In this document: in pieces, positions 1 through 12,634 of the stretch
How the letters are laid out: each line of letters opens with the position of its first letter
Numbering within the stretch: the first letter of the stretch is position 1
Assembly (NCBI GenBank): GCA_025201805.1
Contig: MU619309.1
Coordinates: forward strand, 1 to 64,000
Direction: 5' to 3'
Source: Parasitella parasitica NRRL 2501
Taxonomy: Eukaryota; Fungi; Mucoromycota
Length of the DNA stretch: 64,000 bases
The notes under the pieces: generated by a model
Database searches by the model: none
Told to the model about the DNA's origin: nothing
The model's input: the letters and a program-made list of their open reading frames with translations, nothing else
Program-made: the position numbers and the translations under genes

Positions 1-301
1 AATCCATTGATCATTTTATCGTCGATGATTCATCGATTAAATATATTATCAATAATCAAAACAGACTCATTTGTCAATCTATTGATGCTTTTGTCATCGA
101 TGATCGATTGATCAAGTGTATTATCAATAATCGAAATTGACTCGTTTATCATTGCATTGACGATTTAATCAATAACAATCAATTGATTAACTAAATTATC
201 AATGATCATCAATGACAATATTATCATTTCATTGATAATAATAGTATTTTATCAACACTGATTAGCACTGTTGACAATTCAGTCAATATTTTTCGCCATG
301 G
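1..301. repeat. Degenerate ~75-bp tandem repeat rich in ATCGAT/ATTGAT/TTATCAAT, possibly a transposon subterminal array
   Basis: Units at 1 (aatccattga...tattatcaataatcaaa) and 76 (aatctattga...tattatcaataatcgaa) align with period 75; a weaker third copy starts near 151; the array ends abruptly at ttttcgccatgg (~290-301). Confidence 0.6.
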
Positions 302-1525
302 TGTTCACTTTGAGGGCACATGGCTCTTCGCCTATCTCTTTACATTGATGTATTAAAAAATGAATATAAGCTTCAATTATATCATCTCTGTTTTCTGTCA
401 AGAATTCAACCAGTGAATCTGCTTTTAAGGCTTTAAAAGCTAAAATTGTGGTTAATTAATTTTGATTAAACAATATAGAATATGGTTGTTTTTACACGTT
501 TTTACTACATCCACCATTGAATTTTAATCGTATTCATTTTATCACACCCCAAAATATAGACAATTAGCATGTCTGTACTTACATTACAGCGATAATAGTC
601 TACCAATATATCGACAACAACTAAGATTGAATTCGCGTTTATAATTTGGATTGGCTGATTTTTATATGCTTTTGTTGTTGCATCAGTAAGTAGTAGTAGT
701 AGTAGTAGTAGTATTGAGTTTGATATAAGAAGAAGAGAACAAAAGAGAAACGTAAAAAGAAAAAAAAATTTTTTTTTCACTGTTTATATTGAGCAACAGA
801 ACATGTGCGGTATCGGGCAAACTTTGCACGACCGATTATGAGCAAATATAAGACATTTATAATAAACTATGAAAAATAAAACTGGTTTTGCAGATAACTT
901 TAGATAGAGACATTGCCCAGTGGAACCCAAGTTATGCTCAAATAGCAATGATCATGCCTGATCTTATGGCGCATAAGACAGTGTTTATTTTGCTGTTTAT
1001 CGAAGCGTATGATCGATTATATGCAATATTCTGATATGTAAATTTGTGATATCATTTGATAACTTTATAGATATCAATAAAAACATGAATACCAACGTTG
1101 TTGCCGGATAGAGGTGAGTCAACGCTAAGTTTTCCAAAGTGAGGTAATAAAATGACGATAAATGGTATCATTTGATTTCAATTCTCATTGTGATTATGCT
1201 AGAACTTTAATATAAACTTATTATCGAAAAGGCTTCAAAGCAAAAATCACAGCTTAAACCGTTTGATACTGTAAATCAGAACTGCAGTAAATTTGAAAGA
1301 TTTGTTATTATTCATAATACATCTCTCGATGTATTATATACACATTCATATTACACTAGGGTTCTACTGTCTAACTGCATAATGTAAATCATGACTACCC
1401 ATGATTTACTGTAAACCCTGGTGTTGTGCCAGGTCTTGAAAATGAGCACAGCAGGTGATTGTATGTGATATAAAAATATAAGAATGTAATTAAAGACTTA
1501 GTTTACCAGATACAAAACTATTGAT

Positions 1526-1535
1526 NNNNNNNNNN
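1526..1535. other. Assembly gap (10 N)
   Basis: Run of n characters. Confidence 1.
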
Positions 1536-3960
1536 TATTTACTAGATAGAATAATCGATGCCATTTAACCTTAGATCCGATTAGGAACGGTTGCCATGAC
1601 AACTGAGTTGAAATAGTGGTAACCATGGTATTCTATGGGTACAACACCTGGGACTGATCTGAGATCCTGATGTGAGACCTTGCCATGTTATTGATATAAC
1701 ATTTATTATCCAGGAACATCTCATGTTGAGTTATAAATACGGAACCATGATCTGGATTGTCTTCTGGATTGAGTTTACTTGACTTTGACTTCCGGTTAGG
1801 AAATTGACAAATCACCGTCTGATCTGCCATAATGTAGGTTAGGAGATCATGATAGTGTACTTCAATAAAAGATTGGAGATTGTCCAGTAATGTGTTGTTA
1901 TACTTGTCGAAACAGGAGAATAAAGTCTTTGTTTCAAATCAGGAAGGTTATCTGTAACACAGATCTGTATGATTGACAAACAATAAACTGTCAGATCGAA
2001 AATCAATAACCTTGTAGTATAATAATACATCGTACCCTGTTAAGGATATGATGTTGCTTGCAAATTATTCTTATCGATTAGTATCGACTAGTATTTTAAA
2101 TAAATCACCAAAAATTTATGTAGTTACAAAAAGTATAAATAGCAGATGCAAAGTTGAATCTTCAATAAAGTAATCTCAAGTTTTCGTATCTCGTTAATTC
2201 AACGTTTTATATTATACTTTTCTTATTTCGATCTTGCTGATCTCAACACCGTCAACTCACAACACCTAATGTGCTCAATTTTCAAGATCTAGCGCAACAA
2301 GGATGAGCCCGGTCTTTCTTCAATAGTATAATATGATTCAGAGATCAAAGCCAAGGCGTTAATAGATAAATATACCCCAACTGTTTTTGTTTTTTTTGAA
2401 GCCTTAGGAATAGTTCGAGTTGGTTGCTGACAAGCGCCAAATCCCACCGACTGGTTTTACACATTATTAGTGGGCTGAGTTGTTTCATCTTGAGGAGTAT
2501 GGGAAACCAAGACAGGAGTTACCAGTGTTACTTTGTAAGTTTTGTTCAATCTCATCTTCCGCAATACTTGTGCTATGAGCTTCCATTGCCAGAACATGTA
2601 TGCATATCGTTCCTGCTCCAGTCTTGCTGAAACACATGGTTACTTCTGTGCAAGATGGTCGTGCTGCAAGCTCCAATACCGTTGTAGCTGATGATTAGAA
2701 GATTGCCCCAAAGGCACCGATTGTCTAACGTCTTCTCCATCGAAGCTTCAGCAGATTGAAAAAGGCTCTCGGAATCGAAGCCTCGTATGTTGGTTGTACT
2801 GATCTGCTGAGACTGTCTGCTTCGGTGCTTTTCATTCCTGCTACATGATGGTAACGAACATTCAATTTGTGTTGATTGCATAGGTTTGGGATCTGCACTG
2901 CTAAGTCCCTCCGACTTGGTCACATACTTCAATGCTGTCATGTTGTCCGTATGTAGGTTGATTTCTGTAGTGCTTGAGCCTATTACGTAGAAGAGCAATG
3001 CATATTATATTGCTGTTGCTTCTCTGACATTAATCAAAGATTGCTTTTCTCTTCCTGTCTAATATCCAGCTTTGTTAATTACCGGCCTGTATCTGATGCA
3101 TCCGCGTAAATTGGTAAAGCTGTCTTGAATAACGGAAAGTAATGTATTGGTAATCTATCCTTCTGAAGCAAGTTGTATTTCCACTTTATGTGGATTGAGT
3201 TCTATTTGGGATTGTTGATTTCTGTTGTAACCCAGCCTTCACATGTTGCATTTAGGAACTTCTTTTTTGTATTTCTGGATAGCCTTTGGTAAACCGTCTA
3301 TCTTGGCGTAATGTTCCCTTCTTTCGTCGTTATCGGGAGGGAGAGGAATTCCTTCTGCTCGAACCTCTGCCTCCTGCACTTAGCTTCCGGTGAAAGTTTA
3401 TTGTTCATCTTGAGTATTATCTTTTTGATCACGAATGTACGGCTTAGGCAACAGGGATTGTGCTGAGCACTTTTGAGTTGTTTTTCATGCTTTTTTTCTC
3501 ATTATAAAGCAAGTAAGGATCGAGAAAAGTGACGTTGAGATATTCCTAGTCGCAGGAAGGGCTAAAAACCATTGAAGCTGGGCGATGAATGTCAACGACT
3601 AGATAAGTTTAGTATAATATGTTACTTCAGTGCTGATATGTGTAACGACATACTGGTTTTTTTTTTTACGTTCACTCGTTTAACGTCCACTTGGTCACTC
3701 GAACTACTTTTGGTGAATAGTAGGATCCATCCCAAAACTGACCTTTTTGAAGCACCACTAACTAGGGCCATAGCTCTTTATATAATTATTGTTTTGTTGT
3801 CAGCAGCCACCTCAGAAAGCATGATTTAGAATAGGGTTTCTCTTCGATGTCTTTCCTAAATTGCTCCGCTGGACTGAGCCCTGTGGTTTATTTCAACGAT
3901 TTTGACATTTGCTGTCGGATATATCTCAAAACGTGACATATAACACGACTTGAAGTTATC
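1536..3960 (-). mobile_element. Degenerate DIRS-type (tyrosine recombinase) retrotransposon remnant
   Basis: Minus-strand fragments IYADASDTG (~3090-3112), SLINVREATAI and TDNMTALKYVTK match DIRS RNase H motifs; YMFWQWKLIAQVLRK...TLVTP resembles the DIRS methyltransferase-like domain; many stops and frameshifts; boundaries approximate. Confidence 0.7.
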
Positions 3961-4433
3961 CGCAACAAATTGAAAATAAAATACACTACCAAATTCTCCA
4001 TTAGATTTCTTGGAAAATAAGAGAAATCAGTGAAAGTATTTTCAAAATACCATAGAAAATTGACATATTTTTGAATGTTAATATGACAAAAAGCTATCTG
4101 GAGCTATTTGGGTCTTTTATCTACTGCAAGGGATCCAAAGTGAATTGCCCTTGATGCTTCAAAATTCCAAAAATGTAAGACAAGTGTATGGCAAGTCTAC
4201 CAGATTTTCGCCTCAGAAAATGTATGGAAAGCTCGAGTACCGTTGATTATCCCGTGGTTGATGGCCGTTCTCGATCCAGCACATTTATATTATTAAGACG
4301 TCAAACATTTTGTATACATACTTATACACCCAAAACGTAAAACGACGCTTTGCTTTAAACGAATCCCCCATAATACAATATTAGAGATATAAAAAACCCC
4401 CACAAATCCACATTTTATCTATAATCCATCATT

Positions 4434-5294
4434 TTAATCTCTACCTAATTGAGTAGCCAATTCCTTGCTACGATTCGTGGCAGCAAACACAGCATCTCTC
4501 AGTATATTTTCAATTTTAGCCTCTTGCATTGACTTGATAGCAGCCTCAGTTGTGCCGTTGGGAGATGTTACTTTTTTGCGCAATGTCGTCAAGTCATCCT
4601 CTGATTCCTGGGCCATACGAGCAGCGCCCAAGCAAGTTTGCAGGGTCAAAGCCTTAGCATCCTCACGAGACAAGCCAGCTGCGACACCAGCATTTGCTAT
4701 AGCTTCCATCATCAAAAAGAAATAAGCAGGACCACTGCCGCTGACACCCGTAACCGTGTCAATCATCGACTCAGAATCTAACCAAGACAGAACCTTGCAG
4801 ACCGAACCAAACAGATGTTCTGTCAATTCTTTTTGTTTCGGTGTAACAGCAGATGTAGCAAATAAGCCTGTAGCGCCTTCACCAATCAAGGCAGGCGTGT
4901 TGGGCATAATTCTGATTAAACGAGGCTCATAGTCGTTGGCACCCAACCACCTCAGAATGTCGGTAGTTTGGATACCTGCAGCAATGGAAATGAGCAATGC
5001 GGAGGGGTTTTTGTGTAATGTGGGAGCCAGGCCGGTGACTACAGTGCGCAACACTTGCGGTTTGACAGCAAAAATAACAATGTCTGCGCCTTGGACAACT
5101 TGATCATTGGAAGCACTGTTGAAGACACCAGGATACTTACCGCTCATGTAGTTGCGACGCTCATCCAGTAGCTCTGAAAAGCGTAGGCTTGATTTGGGAT
5201 GGCCATTGCTGTAGAGACCGCCCAAGACAGCTTCTGCCATGTTGCCAGCACCGATGAAGGCGATCACGGGAACATCTTCTGAAGTAGAGACCAT
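4434..5294 (-). CDS. PRO3: Pyrroline-5-carboxylate reductase (intronless)
   Basis: FIGAGNMAEA Rossmann motif, AVKPQ, RIMPNTP, SGSGPAY, VTSPNGTT; likely start MVSTSED at 5294, since the upstream extension runs through a (GA)n repeat. Confidence 0.96.
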   Translation of the reverse strand: MVSTSEDVPVIAFIGAGNMAEAVLGGLYSNGHPKSSLRFSELLDERRNYMSGKYPGVFNSASNDQVVQGADIVIFAVKPQVLRTVVTGLAPTLHKNPSALLISIAAGIQTTDILRWLGANDYEPRLIRIMPNTPALIGEGATGLFATSAVTPKQKELTEHLFGSVCKVLSWLDSESMIDTVTGVSGSGPAYFFLMMEAIANAGVAAGLSREDAKALTLQTCLGAARMAQESEDDLTTLRKKVTSPNGTTEAAIKSMQEAKIENILRDAVFAATNRSKELATQLGRD

Positions 5295-5863
5295 TGTGAT
5301 AATTGAAACAAGGAGAGAGAGAGAGAGAGAGAGCGAGAGAGGGGGGAGGGGAAAGGTGGAGGAAGAAAAAAGTAAGAGTGAAACTTTTTTAAATGTACAA
5401 TGAAGGGGATCAGTCAAACAGCTGCGGACTATTGGCTAGTCATGATGAGTCGTATCTTTTTGAAATTCCCAATATATCAGCAGCAACTGTGCCTCCACGC
5501 TACTTTTTATGGTTTTTTTACACGACAAGGTGTTAATTGGTTCATTTCGCCATGCTTAAAGGGGAAGCGTCGGCCAATGTCTAAAAACCGCATGCATATG
5601 TTATGAACAAGACAATGACATGATGCTATAAATGAGCGATGGTTTACCACTTTCTTTATTAAATTATGGCTGCTGCATCAGCTCCATTTGAACCTCCTTT
5701 TCCATGTTGCACTAATATTAAATATTTATTTCGGACTTGAGTAAACAACTGTTCTCTTTCCCTCTCTCTCTTCTCTCTTTTTTCTTCTTCTTTCTCATCA
5801 CAAAACCACCATACCCCTTCCCTTCCTTTTCCATTTTTTTTTTCAAGCAAGCGATACAAGAAA

Positions 5864-6461
5864 ATGGGCGCTAGTTTATCAAAGGCTTTAGCCAAGATGT
5901 TTGGCAGCAAAGAAATGCGTATTTTGATGTTGGGATTAGACGCTGCAGGAAAGACCAGTAGGTGTAATAGGATCATGTTTTGTTTCAGCGTCTCACGTAA
6001 AAAAATTTACAGCTATTCTGTACAAGCTGAAGCTAAACCAATCAGTCACCACTATCCCTACTGTTGGTTTCAATGTTGAATCAGTAACGTATAAAAATGT
6101 CAAATTTAACGTTTGGGATGTCGGAGGACAAGACAAGATTCGTAATTTGTGGAGGCATTATTATACGGGAACTCAGGGATTGATTTTCGTCATCGACTCT
6201 CAAGACAGAGACCGTATTGATGAAGCACAGCAAGAATTGCACCGTATTCTATCAGATCGAGAAATGAAAGACTGTCTCTTGCTGGTGTTTGCCAACAAGC
6301 AAGATCTGCCTGGTGCCATGTCACCACAAGAAGTTACAGAGAAGTTGGGCTTAGATAAGATGAAGGAAAGACCATGGTATGTTTATCCTTCTTGTGCTAC
6401 AACAGGCGAAGGTTTATTTCAAGGACTGAATTGGTTGAGTCAAAATGTAAAATCAAAGTAA
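5864..6461 (+). CDS. ARF6: ADP-ribosylation factor 6-like small GTPase (intron 5958-6012)
   Basis: Myristoylation start [20 protein letters not shown], the Arf6-typical [21 protein letters not shown]. Confidence 0.93.
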
Positions 6462-6583
6462 AGCGCTCCCTTCTCTTTTACCTTGACCCCCCCTTTCTGA
6501 TCTCCTTAATACTATACTATTATACTTATTATTCCAATTTTACTATCTACTATTACTATATCACAATCAAATTATATAAAGGC

Positions 6584-6585
<2 letters not shown>

Positions 6586-6673
<88 letters not shown>
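6586..6673. repeat. poly(T) homopolymer, 88 nt
   Basis: Counted in the sequence; lies between the convergent ARF6 and kinase 3' ends. Confidence 0.9.
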
Positions 6674-6680
6674 CTTATTT

Positions 6681-7958
6681 TTATTTAGTCAAATGATGTG
6701 CATGTTTCTCGAATGATTCATAGCACACATGAACGGACTGTATCCAGTTGGATGCTACACATTGATCAATCGTCCAGCGTGTAGCAGGGTTCGGATCAAA
6801 CATGCCATACAGGCACTCTTTTTCATCTTGATTGCATTTAGATAACGGTAGCCAGCCATTTTTAGGAGAAGTTGTGTAAATGACATATTGGGGATCTTCT
6901 TTACATGCTTTAAAAAACGGTATTTGTCGGTAAATCAAGCAATGCCAAGTTACTGCACAGCTCCAAACATCCAGTGCTCTGCCATCATATTCCTCATGAT
7001 TAAACATCTCGGGCGGCCAGTAGGGCTCAGAGCCACAATGGCCCTGTGATAAACGAGGCTCCACATCAAAGCAAGATTGCACGACGTCGGCAACTCCAAA
7101 ATCAGCAATTTTAAGAATACCGTCTGCTGTCATGACGAGATTTTCAGGCTTAATGTCACGATGCGCCACACCGCTCTGATGGATGTGCTGCACGCCTAGC
7201 AGCAACTGCTTAAACAGACAATCAATCTCTGCATCTGTAAGATCAAACTGCTGCAGGATGGAGAAAACGTCACCGCCAGCGCACTAACAAAAACATTCTC
7301 TGTGTTAAGTAAGCTATGCACGTGCATGTAAAGAAGATCTTACATATTCCATCACAGTGCACCATCGCCCCTTCTTGTCTTTAAGCAGATCAAATACTTG
7401 AATCACATGTAGGTGGCCCAAGGTCTTTGATATACAAAATTCGCTAGTCATTCGCTTGTCATAGCACTTTCGGCTTTCTTGGCCATCTCGTTTACGAAAT
7501 GTTTTGATTGCAACCACTTGTTTATCATCTATTAAGAGTCGAAGCTTGGCTGTTGCTCCACGGCCAATTATCTTTCCTTTGCGGTGATTCTCGTATTTGT
7601 CTTGCAAACAAGATGGCTGTGCACGTTCTGACGTAGGTGTCGCACATGCAGATGAAGGCGAAGGGGGAAGGTATAGACTGCTGTTGCTATTGCTGATGGT
7701 AGGAGTCGTCAGTATATTGGAGCTAATGATGGGCGTTTCATCTGGTAATGACAAGAAATTGGACTCGAGCGTGCCCGGTCTGGGGGAAGGAGGTGATGAT
7801 CGTAAGGATAAACTTGATAGTTTTCGAGTGAGCAATGCAAATGGCTTATGCGAATTGGATGTCAGTGAAGGTGATGGAGATGGAAGCTTATCGTAGTCAT
7901 CGTTATCAACGGTTGGTGGTGCTGGTGATAACAAGATGACTGGCTGTACGTTTGACAT
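6681..7958 (-). CDS. Ser/Thr protein kinase of the Hal4/Npr1/Hrk1 group (intron 7284-7343)
   Basis: GRGATA, VAIK, TSEFCIS (family signature), HRDIKPEN, DFG, GSEPY; Ser/Pro-rich N-terminus; start MSNVQP at 7958. Confidence 0.9.
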
Positions 7959-8256
7959 TGCGAGAGAAAAAAGAGAGAGAGAAAAGGAAGAGAAAGAGAT
8001 AAGAAAAAGAAGAAGGAGAGGGAGACAATGTATGGCAAATTCTCTGCTACATTTATATAAACCATGTTGTTTGTATTTACAGCCTTTCTGTCGCTCGCTT
8101 GCTTGGTCTGCCTCCCTTATACGAATGGAAACTCCTGTTTTCTTCATTTATTTCCCTTAAACCTAACCGTTTTTATATATATAATATATATAGTAGCATG
8201 CATTTTATGCAAGCTGATAAGAGATTTATTTTTGTGTGTGTGTATACATTCGGCTT

Positions 8257-8757
8257 TTATGGTGCAGATGATGATGATTCCTCCAGATTTGGCATACGAA
8301 GCACCTTTTTATCTTCATTTTTCGCATGTTGAGTTATCATTTGCAATACCTTGGAGCCCTGCCATTTTTGTGGAATAGGCTTCTTGTTTGTAGACCAGTA
8401 AAAGATATCCCAATCCGGTTCATCTAGCAATTTGTCGTATTCTTCCAACTGTTCATGGGTGAATTGAGGCAACCAAACCTTGGCAAATGTCGATAATAGG
8501 AGGTCAGTTTCCAAAATACCTCGCTTGCGGCTTTGGTAGGTCAATCTACGTCGTTTATTTTCTGTTTCTTCGTTTGGGCGAGGAATGGGTGGCAGGTTGG
8601 GATATGAACTGTCCAAAGCCGCTTCGGAAGAGTGACGAATAGCCAAGTCGGGAAAAGGATCTTCACTCTTCTTGTTAGATAAAGGATGTAATGTACTGAC
8701 GGAACGAAACACTGGGCGTACTACTAGCTGTACTCTTCTTGCTCTGGAAAGTAACAT
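8257..8757 (-). CDS. SDH5: Succinate dehydrogenase assembly factor 2 (Sdh5/SDHAF2)
   Basis: RRRLTYQSRKRGILETDLLLSTFA...YDKLLDEPDWDIFYW; Arg-rich presequence MLLSRARR. Confidence 0.95.
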   Translation of the reverse strand: MLLSRARRVQLVVRPVFRSVSTLHPLSNKKSEDPFPDLAIRHSSEAALDSSYPNLPPIPRPNEETENKRRRLTYQSRKRGILETDLLLSTFAKVWLPQFTHEQLEEYDKLLDEPDWDIFYWSTNKKPIPQKWQGSKVLQMITQHAKNEDKKVLRMPNLEESSSSAP

Positions 8758-9083
8758 CGTGGCTTTGATGAAAAATAACAAAACAAAAATATATGTGAAA
8801 AAAAAAACAACTCTACCAGGTTACTTGGCAGACAGACAGGGCCTGCTTTTGTTTGTACGAGACATTTAACCAATAAGGTAAATCGTTCACCTAAATGATC
8901 AACTAATGGTTGCATTCATTAGAAATGTTTAGTAAATATAAATTACTTTAATAACTCTTGCATGGATGTAATTAATCTACTTTTTTACTTTAGTCATCAC
9001 TTTAGAAACTAAAAATAAAAATGCGATTGAAATTTACTTTCTTTATATTTGCATGTTGAATGCTTTGATTGTTACATATTGGA

Positions 9084-10600
9084 TCACAGTAACAGCTGCT
9101 TTTGCACAACTTGGAGGACCGGTTTCATAGCCGTAATCTGACGTTGTTGTTGTTGTTGTCGTATGAGGATGCTCGTGCTTGGATGTTGTCGTAGTTTGCG
9201 GAATCTTGGTTGTCTTATGAGAATGCTAGTTGTGGTACTACAATCGCTGGATGGTATCTCAGAAGCAGTGGTTGGGATAGCAGTTGATGATGTTGTGGCA
9301 GCTTCTGTTGTAGATGCAATAAGAAAATTGCTTGAAGTAGTAGGGACCTCAGAATCAGACGTGGTGTGATGTCGATGACCAGTGCTTACTGTAGTAGATT
9401 CATTCATTATAGTGTGATAACCACTAGGTTTGGGATTCGACGCCATCCCAGGAGTAGTCTTTTCCAACTATTAATCCTGCAAATGCGCATCCACAATATG
9501 TGCTGTCAAATGAATGTTATCCGACATATAAATTTTATATATAAAGAGTTTACCTTCAGGGGCCAAGGTGAAGCTGCCAAAATTACTGCCAGTGGCACAC
9601 TCAACAGAAATGTCTTCGGAGCTATAAGACCAGATGAATCAGCAGGATAAAAATAAAAGATTGTCAAACATGGATTTAAGCCCATAGTAGGGTTGTTCCC
9701 CTTGATTTTAAAAGTAGAGCCAACTTTAACAGGCATCTAATGGTAATTGCTAGTATATTAGCCATGTTTTTATACTTAGGTAGTCTGTAAACTTACATTG
9801 AAGACAAGAGTTCCGTCAGAGGGCCATGACACTCCTTGAGGCCCATTCCAGTTGCCAATAATTTCAAGAATAGCTAAAGGGTCAGACATTTTACCAGAAT
9901 GAAGAGTATAGCTACCATCTTCACAAGTATTAAAGATGACAAAATTGAAACGGTCAATTTCATCAATAGTTGTAAGCTTTCTATTAGCATCCAGGAGCAA
10001 AGCAGGCTTCACGGAAGCGAATATTTGCGATGCAGAGATGGCATTTGACTCTGCTTGATCAATTTCAAAGAGACCTGTACTTTTTTTGTTTACACGACGA
10101 GCTTTATCTGTTTCTTGAAGACCAGTAGTGTCGTGGTTCGCACTTTTTACGCGAATATCACTGGCATTAATGGGTCCACCAACGACAAGGCGATAGCTTG
10201 AGATATCGTTAGGATCAGAACAATTCGGACTACCGTTTGCGTTGACAAAGTAACCGCTTGCTTTGAAATCACCTTTTACAGCCAAAGAAGCAAGGATGTC
10301 TTTTCCATTATCGCTTTCAAAATCATCAAAAAAAAAGACACCAGCAAAATAAATCAATTGTATATGTACTTGGTAAGAAAGCTTGCCTTTAGATAATTGA
10401 TACAGAGCACTTACCATAAGTGAGGAAGTATCATCAGAAGAACAGACATAAGATTAGCATCCACCTCGTTTATTCAATGTAGAATTAGATCTTTTATTAA
10501 ACTTGCTGCTGTCTGCAGCAGGTCTACTCGAAGGAGGAGCCTCAATAGCTGACAGAAAGGCAGCAGATATTATCAAGGTAAGCCTGGTAGATTTGACCTT
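9084..10600 (-). pseudogene. Pseudogene of a secreted choice-of-anchor-A-like protein with a Ser/Thr-rich tail
   Basis: Signal-peptide-like exon opens with AAG where ATG is expected (KVKSTRLTLIISAAFLSAIEA) and has an in-frame TAA at 10454-10456; internal SLAVKGDF...SYRLVVGG and TIFYFYP resemble choice-of-anchor A motifs; T/S-rich C-terminus at 9084-9467. Confidence 0.55.
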
Positions 10601-11306
10601 TTTTTTTTAAAAAAAAAAAGCTCTTGAGAATGAATCAGAGAATAATTCTCGAGCTGTTTATTTATTATTTACTGAGTTGATTCTGTTTCCACTTCAACTC
10701 GTACTTCCGTTTCGAAATTTGGAAGGGAAGTTATCACTTTTCTTTAATACGCTAAAAAAAAATATTGAATAGGTTTTGAAGTGATGTTCCTTTGTTGAGT
10801 GTATCATATTGCTCAAACATGAACTCTTTTATATGCAAAATCTGATAAATAATAATAGTATATAGTGACTAAACAAATGTATCGTTGACAATAATATTAA
10901 TTTGTTTCGCAAGATAAGTGTACCGTTATTATCTTTTGAGTAAAAGTTTTTTATTTTATACCAAAAACTTACACGACTTGGAAATCTAAGCCGAATAAGT
11001 TGTGTTCATTTGATAAACATCTATTTATATCTCCTGCAGCTAGATAATGGGTGTTATCAGATAATTTTGGAGATGCTATAGTATTATTTTCATTTCTTAA
11101 AGAGATCCAACTTGCATTGTTATTTTTTTTTTTTTTTTTTTTTTTTCGAAATGCTTTTAATTTGACCAATAACTGTGTAAGTAGGAAAGAAAGAAAACTG
11201 TCTTAAAGCTTATACTCTTATCAGCTGTAGGTAGCATCATGATGAATTATTTTTTTCAATATATATTACTCTGCTAGAAGTAGCCTTTATTTACAGATTA
11301 GAAATC

Positions 11307-11564
11307 CTAATTATTAGTTCTGAAATTAACCAAGTAGATGGAAAGCATGAGGAACAAGAGTGCTAAACCAACATTCATGGTAGATGTCGAAGCTCCATTA
11401 ACGACAGCATTGACAGCTTGGTTGATAATATCTTTAGCACATTGAGCATCAGTACATTGCGAAGCCTTTTGGCAGAACTTGGTACATGTCTCAACAGTTA
11501 GACCAGTTCCTGAGGAAGAGCAAGATTTAATGCAGTTTTGGACAGCGTCTTGAAGAGAACTCAT
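11307..11564 (-). CDS. Small Cys-rich protein with hydrophobic C-terminus (85 aa)
   Basis: ATG in A-rich context, six Cys in CxxxC/CxxxxC pairs, C-terminal hydrophobic stretch, upstream TATAAATA on the minus strand (~11691-11698). Confidence 0.6.
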   Translation of the reverse strand: MSSLQDAVQNCIKSCSSSGTGLTVETCTKFCQKASQCTDAQCAKDIINQAVNAVVNGASTSTMNVGLALLFLMLSIYLVNFRTNN

Positions 11565-12634
11565 TTTTCTATAATAAAAAGAGTGAGTGTGTTGGAATGT
11601 TTTGTAGATTTGGATTCATTGTGTACATTTAATTATTTTTTTATTGTTTGAAGCAGGATGAATTCTCTATTTTACATTGATCTGGTATGTTATTTATACG
11701 AAAACGACATGGTACGAGCGTTGCAGTGGCTGAAATTGCTGTGCGAGCCCCATCATGTGTTTTTCTTCCTTATTCAAAAAGTTAATTAAAAGCTAGTAAC
11801 CAATGAACCGCAGCTGCGTAACTGGCGTAAAATATATTGCGCAAGTTGTTTAGCAAGATACTATTTCAAATGCGCATTGGACACATAGTTGAACCAGCAA
11901 ACACAACCATGGTCACTGACCTTGGTTTGCTGTGAAATTATATTGTAGCTGCAGTGCCATTGCAACAAGTTGGAAAGATTCTTGCTGAGCACTATAATGT
12001 TGCACAGTTTTGCATTGCACGGTATCATTTATGAAAAGGGATTGTTGGTATGGGCAAAAGCATGAATGCCAACATTTATGTGCATATATTAGCGAGCCGT
12101 TTACCGTCTATTTTGCATTTATTGCTAGATGGAAAACAGCAAGTTTCTGATGCTATATTTTCTTTTTGATCTAGCATTGTTATTGATCCGTCTGAATACA
12201 CTTGCGACATATCTTATGGTTGTACGTGTAATTGAATGAGCCAGTTTTGTACAACATTTGTCCACTTGGTGGCTTTATATCAGCACTGTTGTTGGTGGGC
12301 ATCAATGCTCATTGTCTTACAAGGACACTTTAACCAACAGGATATAATAATCACAATCAAGAGTTTCACAGTGGCACAAGGTTAAACATTTTGTTATTTT
12401 TTAGTAATAATTTAACCAGAATGTCCTCAATTGCTTTTAAAGGAAAAATGCAGATTTAGTTATAATAGTAATTCAGTAAAAAATGCTTGAGTGCTAACTT
12501 GATTTCGGGAGAATTTCACATAAGGTTTATAATTGATTTTAAAACATAAAATTAAGAGTATCGTAGGGTATAATCAACAAGTAATTGATGCCATATATTC
12601 GTAGGATGAGCTTTCTGTAAGCTTTCTTTGAGTT

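Noticed and set aside
1-301. Repeat array as a CRISPR
   Set aside because: Eukaryotic context, degenerate tandem units with no unique spacers, and no cas genes.
6586-6673. Long poly(A) on the minus strand just after the kinase stop, suggesting a retrocopy
   Set aside because: The kinase keeps an intron, and a second run of nearly the same length (86 nt at 17963-18048) suggests homopolymer inflation during assembly.
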